Part shown: positions 57,911-64,000 of the stretch, piece after piece
Layout of the letters: every line of letters begins with the position of its first letter
Position numbering within the stretch: position 1 is the stretch's first letter
Assembly: GCA_951406725.2 (NCBI GenBank)
Contig: OX597832.1
Coordinates: 24,862,001 to 24,926,000, forward strand
Reading direction: 5' to 3'
DNA: 64,000 nucleotides
Source of the DNA: Octopus vulgaris
Lineage: Eukaryota
Translations under genes and position numbers: made by a program
The notes under the pieces: model-generated
Told to the model about the DNA's origin: nothing
The model's database searches: none
Seen by the model: the letters and a program-made list of their open reading frames with translations, nothing else

Positions 57911-57954
<44 letters not shown>

Positions 57955-58330
57955 GTACATATATGTATATGTATACACATATAATAGTTATATATATATA
58001 TATATATATTATTTATAAAGTTTGTCATTTTTAGAGCTAAAATAAATATATATTTTTTAAACATCATTTATATCTGCATCTTATCTCCGTCATTTCTTCT
58101 CATTTTCTTTTATATTTTTATTGTAGATATTTTAACTCCCTGAATATCTAGGTCACGCTTCATCTTCTTTTCTCACACCCCTATTTTAAAAAAATATCGA
58201 TATATTTTTCGATACATAAATCTTCACAAACCGATATGTAATATTATAGAAAATCTGATGTGGAATGAATGCTTTTCTTTAAAATAAATAAAAGTGATGA
58301 ATTCACACTGCTATTTTGCTTTATATATTA

Positions 58331-58667
58331 CTAGCAGTATCGCCCGGCGTTGCTCGGGTTTGTAAGGGAAATAACTATATAAGCATTTTTAGAGAGTTAT
58401 AGCCAAAAAATAGCAAAAAAATGCATTAAAAATGGAAAAAAATGATGGTAATTTTTTTTTTAAATCGTTGACTCATCGTAGACATTTTTAGAGAGTTACT
58501 TCCCTTATATAATAGCGAAAAATGCATTAAAATGGAAAAAAAGGGCTCGATATGAATCACGACTATAAGATACCCGGTTTGGGTTAAACTGCACCGCAAA
58601 ATGTGGGAGTAGTTAGGAATCTAAATCGTAGGAGACAGACACACAACCTCTCTTTTATATATAAAGA
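58331..58667 (-). mobile_element. Non-autonomous Helitron
   Basis: Minus strand starts TCtttatatataaaag and ends cccgagcaacgccggg (hairpin)-cgatactgCTAG; internal short repeats. Confidence 0.85.
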
Positions 58668-58811
58668 ATTGTGGTTTCTCCAAGAATTCCTTGTTTTACA
58701 AAGTACAGTGTTTCTGTTTGTAATATTCGACTGTAATTTTAGGGGGCAAGATGTCAGAATCGCTCGCGCGCCTAACAAAACGTTCCTTCTCATTTCCTCC
58801 GGGTTTTAGTA

Positions 58812-58957
58812 TACCGTAATCTGGGGTGAATAGGGACAATAACCGGGAAAAAATATTTTAGAACACTAAAGTTTGAGATGACTCAAATTGTGTTCAATTT
58901 GTGCTCAATTTGAGTCATCTCAACTTTTTTTCCTGGTTATTCACCCTGATTATGGTA
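58812..58957. mobile_element. MITE-like fold-back element
   Basis: taccgtaatctggggtgaata / tattcaccctgattatggta; inner arms ttgagatgactcaaattg / caatttgagtcatctcaa; TA ends. Confidence 0.75.
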
Positions 58958-58974
58958 CTTAGTTTAAATTTTAC

Positions 58975-59470
58975 CGTTATCAAGCTTGCCTTTCATCATT
59001 TCGGAGTCGATAAAATAAGTATCGATTGAGAACTAAGGTTGATGCAATCCATTTAACACTTTTTCAAAGAATCTTTGGTGTACTTCTGCCAAAATATAAA
59101 GCCATTTAGTCGGCGAGGTGAAAGAATCGTTAGCGTGAGGTACAAAATGCTTGACGCAATTTTTCTCGCTTCATTAGATTCTGTGTTCCGATTCTGCCCT
59201 TGTCATCCTTGCGTTTCACCCTTTCGGAATCAGATAAAGTAAGTTCCAGTCAATAATTGGTGTTGCTGTAATGGACTTATCCACTTCGCCACAGTCGCAA
59301 GTTACTGGACATTATCAAAATTTGAAACCACAATCTCGGCGAGATGAATGAAACGTTCAAAATCGAAAATAGTGCTTTCCCACATTTCGTCGGGATCGTA
59401 ACATTCCGAATTTAAATCGTGCCGTGGTCAACTTTGCCGTCTAAGGATGCAGGGGGCGATAAAATCAGAT
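58975..59470 (+). mobile_element. Three head-to-tail decayed SINE family B copies
   Basis: Nin-like ttgc.tttca.c.tttcgga...gataaa recurs at about 58987, 59209 and 59434. Confidence 0.65.
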
Positions 59471-59489
59471 ACCATTCATCAGACTTGAA

Positions 59490-59810
59490 GAAATTTTCTA
59501 GTCGAACGAATCGACACCAATATATAATTTTTGTTAGGCCTGGTACTCATTCTGTAGAACTCTTTTAGAGAACCACCAGACTCCGGGGAGGTAAACACAC
59601 TAACAGCGGCTTTTCAAGCCGTAGCAGCACAAACGGATATATGTATAAACGACGAGCTTCTCTCAATTTCCATCTACCAAGTACATTCCCAAGGCTTTGG
59701 CTAGCCCGAGGCTATAGTAGAAGACATTTGCCTTAGGTGCGACTCAGTGGGACTGAACCCGGAACCATATGACTGGCAAGCAAATATCTTACCACACGGC
59801 CACGCCTGCA
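59490..59810 (-). mobile_element. SINE family A, old copy
   Basis: gaggctatagtagaagacatttgcc..gggactgaacccggaacc..accacacggccacgcctgc. Confidence 0.8.
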
Positions 59811-59839
59811 CCAGACGATCATCGGAAGTTCAAGTAATC

Positions 59840-60090
59840 CAAGAATACATCTTTCTATTGAACGATGATTAAATCTGAGCTCAGTAATACTATCCATTAT
59901 AAGAAGAAACAGATTACACCACCTCTTACTGTTATCTTCATCCGAAACTTCATGCAGAATGGTCAGAATCTGTTTGTTACCCCATGTTATGCATTTTGGT
60001 ATCCACTCATTTCTGTACCAAAACTTTCGCCCTTGTGCGAGCCTTTTTTCTGCGCCTTCTTCTTTTTTCTGTTTTTGTTCGGCAGATGAC
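59840..60090 (-). pseudogene. Possible PIF/Harbinger nuclease N-terminal relic
   Basis: RKFWYRNEWIPK...ILHEVSDED...NLFLLIMD..TEL resembles the RxWVRxW...LxELxxED...NFLRMD...EL pattern of Harbinger transposases. Confidence 0.45.
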
Positions 60091-60255
60091 GATCTACGAC
60101 ATTTAGAATAATCAGAGAACTTTAGAAAAGTTATCGTCACCATTCTCCTCATTTGGTTAATTAATTAGAAAAGCTAGCAAACAAAGGAACAAACCAAGAT
60201 TAATGATCCGAGGTAGAAATAAACTACATACGTGCCGACGTTCAGCAGCAGGCTC

Positions 60256-60614
60256 TGTGGAGGCGCAATGGCCCAGTGGTTAGGGCAGCGGACTCGCGGT
60301 CGGAGGATCGCAGTTTCTATTCCTAGACCGAGCGTTGTGTGTGTTTATTGAACGAAAACATCTAAAGCTCCACGAGGCTCTGGCAGGGGATGGTGGTGAC
60401 CCCTGTTGTACTCTTTCGCTCCAACTTTCTCTCACTCTTTCTTCCTGTTTCTTGTCCCCGACTTCCTACGCAACCGCTGATCCTGGATGCGCATTCATCC
60501 ATTCGTCGATGCTCTCGGTGTCGGGGGTTGACCTGCTTTCCCTTCTGCGTGTCTTACGAATATCAAAGGACCACGATTCGGACCGCTCGGACCGGACCGC
60601 TCAACAGCAACAGA
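60256..60614 (+). mobile_element. SINE family C, full length, alternative tail, 12-bp TSD
   Basis: TSD agcagcaggctc at 60244-60255 and 60615-60626; head tggcccagtggttagggcagcggactcgc. Confidence 0.92.
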
Positions 60615-61613
60615 AGCAGCAGGCTCCATTACCAAATTTTAAGCATTTGCGTTGATAACGCACTAAAAATATGTAATGTTTAAATCCATAAGTCTGAGCA
60701 TAACCAGATATTTTCGTTTCTAACAACCGGAATCTATATTTTCAAATTCATTATTGAAAAAATAAGAGAATTGTTTAATTAACAAATTAACTGCGCAGTG
60801 AGGTAAGAACACCAAGCTTTTAGAGAGAGAATGGACAAAAATAAATGTTAAGCATTAGTATATAAAAGCCATTAACATCGAGGTATTAAATAACTGCACA
60901 TTTGTACGTGTTTAAATATTAAATATTCAACAGGTATATTTGTTAACACTTGTCTTTTAACGAACAGAAGTAGAACAGAAACAACGTACGGGATTATATA
61001 TAGTCTTTGCGAGGACAAATAATTGAATTGCTGAAAAGTTTAAAGAACGAAAGAATGCGGTGGCAAATAAAGAAATAAAGACGAAAGGTTGTTAAAATAT
61101 TAAACGGTGTTAAGTAGAAATTATATATAGCCTTTTATCTCAATTATATCAGTTAATAAGTCACAGTATTCAGGTTTAATTAACGCTAATGCTTTGCGTT
61201 TGGAACGCAATGATAAAAAAAACTGTAATTATGTTTCATAAAATATAACATTGATTATAATTAAAATGTATTTGTAGATATATTCACTTGAACTTTTGTG
61301 AATGATTAATGCGGTGTAGCTCTGCTCTGTTTTCCTTTCTTCTTTCTTTCCTTTATTAAATTATTTAGTCATTTATTCATTTATTTATTTATTTATTCAT
61401 TTATTACTGTGTTCAGTCGATAGAAATAAATGAACTCTTCATAATTTATTCACAACACGGCACCATCCGACACGTTCGCGTTAATGAATCTACGAGTCAT
61501 TTAAACTGCTTTATTCAATAAGTTATTTTAACGTTGCACAATGTATTTTCTAGATACGTACATACACACATAAAATACATGCATACATACACACGCACAT
61601 ATATTATCTACAC

Positions 61614-61730
<117 letters not shown>

Positions 61731-61970
61731 GTGTGTGTGTGCATCTGTGTAGATAAATATGTTTGCATGTATGTATGTGTGTATATTGATTTCTTCTTTT
61801 TAAATTCTGCTGGAATGAATTAATGTAAAGTTTTAATTTCATTTATATATGTATGACTATGCTTTGGTCGTTTGTTTACTTATCTTATCCATATGAAATT
61901 TTAATGTATCTAAATGCCATACCTGTACAGGTGCGTGGTTTTTACCGATGTTCAGTTGAACATTTCTTAA

Positions 61971-62295
61971 TTTATTATCTCCGTCTTAGCGAAACCGGAA
62001 GTATAGGTTTCAGTCGCTGGATGGATTCGGAAGAAACTTTTAAGAATGTTTGGCCTCATGGCAGGCACAAACTGATTAGATTTTGGGGTCGATCCACTAC
62101 CGGACAGGGATTCTGGATTATTTTACCTGTTTTTGTACTTAACTTTTGAGAGCGGTCGTGTTTTTAGTATTCTCGTTTGTGAGAACAGTCTAGTTTATTT
62201 CAGATAGTCTCATTTTAAAATTCATCTCTGGCTAATAGTTGAAAGGACGTTGGTATTGCCTTGGCGGCGGTCTGAGCTCCCTGAGTGCTCTTGTT
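61971..62295 (+). mobile_element. Helentron-associated (HINE/DINE-1/pearl-like) non-autonomous element
   Basis: 5' ttattatctccgtc..., 3' ggcggcggtct followed by the hairpin gagctccctgagtgctc; T-rich flanks. Confidence 0.65.
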
Positions 62296-62679
62296 AAAAA
62301 TGTAATTTATAGGCTTTATATCATTAATGCTGTAAGTAATAGCATCGGTGCTTACAAGTTTCCAAAGAGCCACCATTTTCTTATTTGCATTTACGATTGG
62401 AAGAATGAGAAGGGAGTGTCTGTACAGCTTAGGTGGAAGAAATATCAGAAGGTGATTTTGTTGGAAAGAACTTGTTTATCGATTTTCTCACCAACAACGA
62501 TATTTTTTCGCAGATGTATAAATATAGACGTACTGAAATTTTCAATTATTTTACTTAATGTGAAATAGCGATCCTTTATGCGGCTTAAATGCCGCGTACC
62601 ATAGTTTTGTTGTTTTTCTTAGAACCACAGGACAGACTTCTTTGATGAAGAGAAATGAATCTACACGAGTAACAAATTT

Positions 62680-63125
62680 TGGCACAGGTCCAGTAATTTA
62701 TTGAAGTGGTAACTCTATTTCATCGACCCCAGTGCTCAACTGGTACTTGTTTCATCGACCCCCGACAGGATGTAAGGCAAAGTTCACCCCGGTGACATCT
62801 GAACTTAGAATTCAAAGTCGGAAGAAATACCTTTTTCTTTATTATCCACAAGGGGCTAAACATAGAGGGGACAAACAAGGACAGACATAGGTATTAATTC
62901 GATTACATCGACCCCAGTGCATAACTGGTACTTAATTTATCGACCCCGAAAGGATGAAAGGCAAAGTCGACCTCGGCGGAATTTGAACTCACAACGTGAC
63001 GACAGACGAAATACGGCTCCGCATTTCGCCCGGCGTGCTAACGTTTCTGCCAGCTCGCCGCCAGTCGGAAGAAATACCGTTAAACATTTCGTCCGTCACA
63101 TTGACCATTATTCCAGCTGGCCGTC
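62680..63125 (-). mobile_element. Old SINE family B copy split by a younger copy
   Basis: Body 62680-62831 continues at 63063-63125. Confidence 0.8.
62832..63062 (-). mobile_element. Young SINE family B copy with 16-bp TSD
   Basis: TSD agtcggaagaaatacc at 62816-62831 and 63063-63078. Confidence 0.93.
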
Positions 63126-64000
63126 AAAGATAAACGAAGCCATATTATTTCAGTTAAGTTACCCATGCTTCCACGAAGGCTTCAAACAACGTTTCCTCTG
63201 TTATCACTGGAAGAGTTCTCTGGCTCGAGCTCGATAGGTTCCCATCAGAAACGATTGGAATGATATTTTCCGGATGGATATTGAGGCGTGACCAAATGAA
63301 CGCGAACCACCAAAAGATAGAACGATGGCTGCAAAGTATTCTAACCGACATTCGTACAAATCTGTCAATCGCTTTGCATAATTAGTGTACTCACCCACCT
63401 GTTTAAGTATTTTAAATCATATTTATGTACACCGCAGCCCTCATGGGTGTGAAGTTGTTTGTTATCGATCGTAACATATTCCAGTGTAGATTGTTTGTCT
63501 GGTATATCTTGGAGAAAATTCTTCAGGTTATTTGAGAGAAATCTTAAAGAATATCGCACTATATTTCATACTTCAGGGTAGTTTATTACACTTAGATTTA
63601 ATTTAGAATCTCAGCCAAGTCGACGCTGTCTATTTTATTTTATTATTATTATTTTTTCTTGCCTACGGTGTCAATGAAATACTTAACTTTCTAAGTGGAT
63701 TGTCTGCAAGAGATATGTAGAGTTTACTATCTCAGCGGCAATGCAACAGATTCGTTCATATACTCTTCCAGCATCATACGAAAGCAGAAGCTTCTTAAAT
63801 AATTCTGTCTCCCTACCTAATTAACAGAGTTCTATAGCTAGAGAGAATGATATTGCCTCGAGCTGTCGCTCAAACTCAGAAAGTTGTCTGCAATAAATCT
63901 CCGCAATCATACTCTGATATTAAAAACTAATTCATAACGAATAACGTTTAAGAAGTTATAAAATGTTTGACAAAACGGAGAACTGGTATTGATTTGTTAA

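Noticed and set aside
60256-60330. tRNA genes at SINE heads (also 39865-39940 and 11903)
   Set aside because: A and B boxes are present but there is no complete cloverleaf, and each continues into a SINE body
63154-63559. Minus-strand ORFs with a donor-like gtgagtac near 63390
   Set aside because: No recognisable homology and no clear acceptor; insufficient to call an exon

Overview
This is AT-rich eukaryotic non-coding DNA, saturated with microsatellites ((TA)n, (CA)n, (TATG)n, (TATC)n, (AAT)n, (TTC)n) and transposon relics. The repeat families and microsatellite load resemble an octopod cephalopod genome; this is an inference from recalled repeat families, not a database result. I found no intact host protein-coding gene, and almost all listed ORFs are microsatellite translations. 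Recognisable content: (i) at least four tRNA-derived SINE families (a CORE-like family with an internal microsatellite, a Deu/Nin-domain family, an OR-like family with swappable tails, and a fourth family); (ii) decayed LINEs (RTE-like, R4/Dong-like RLE, possibly L1/Tx1); (iii) decayed DNA transposons (mariner, maT-like, Tc1, hAT, possibly Harbinger) and Helitron/Helentron-type non-autonomous elements. The most notable signal is a set of minimal type-I hammerhead-ribozyme motifs in several unrelated short repeats. The best case is a 690-bp element at 39295-39984 bounded by a 13-bp TSD. It combines a Pol III tRNA-like head, a long hairpin, a trinucleotide tract, an intact-looking hammerhead and an inverted tail, as expected for a SINE/retrozyme mobilised by Penelope-like elements. 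Several stand-alone hairpins, local duplications and enhancer-like unique islands are also listed. Coordinates were counted by eye; ends of degenerate elements are approximate.
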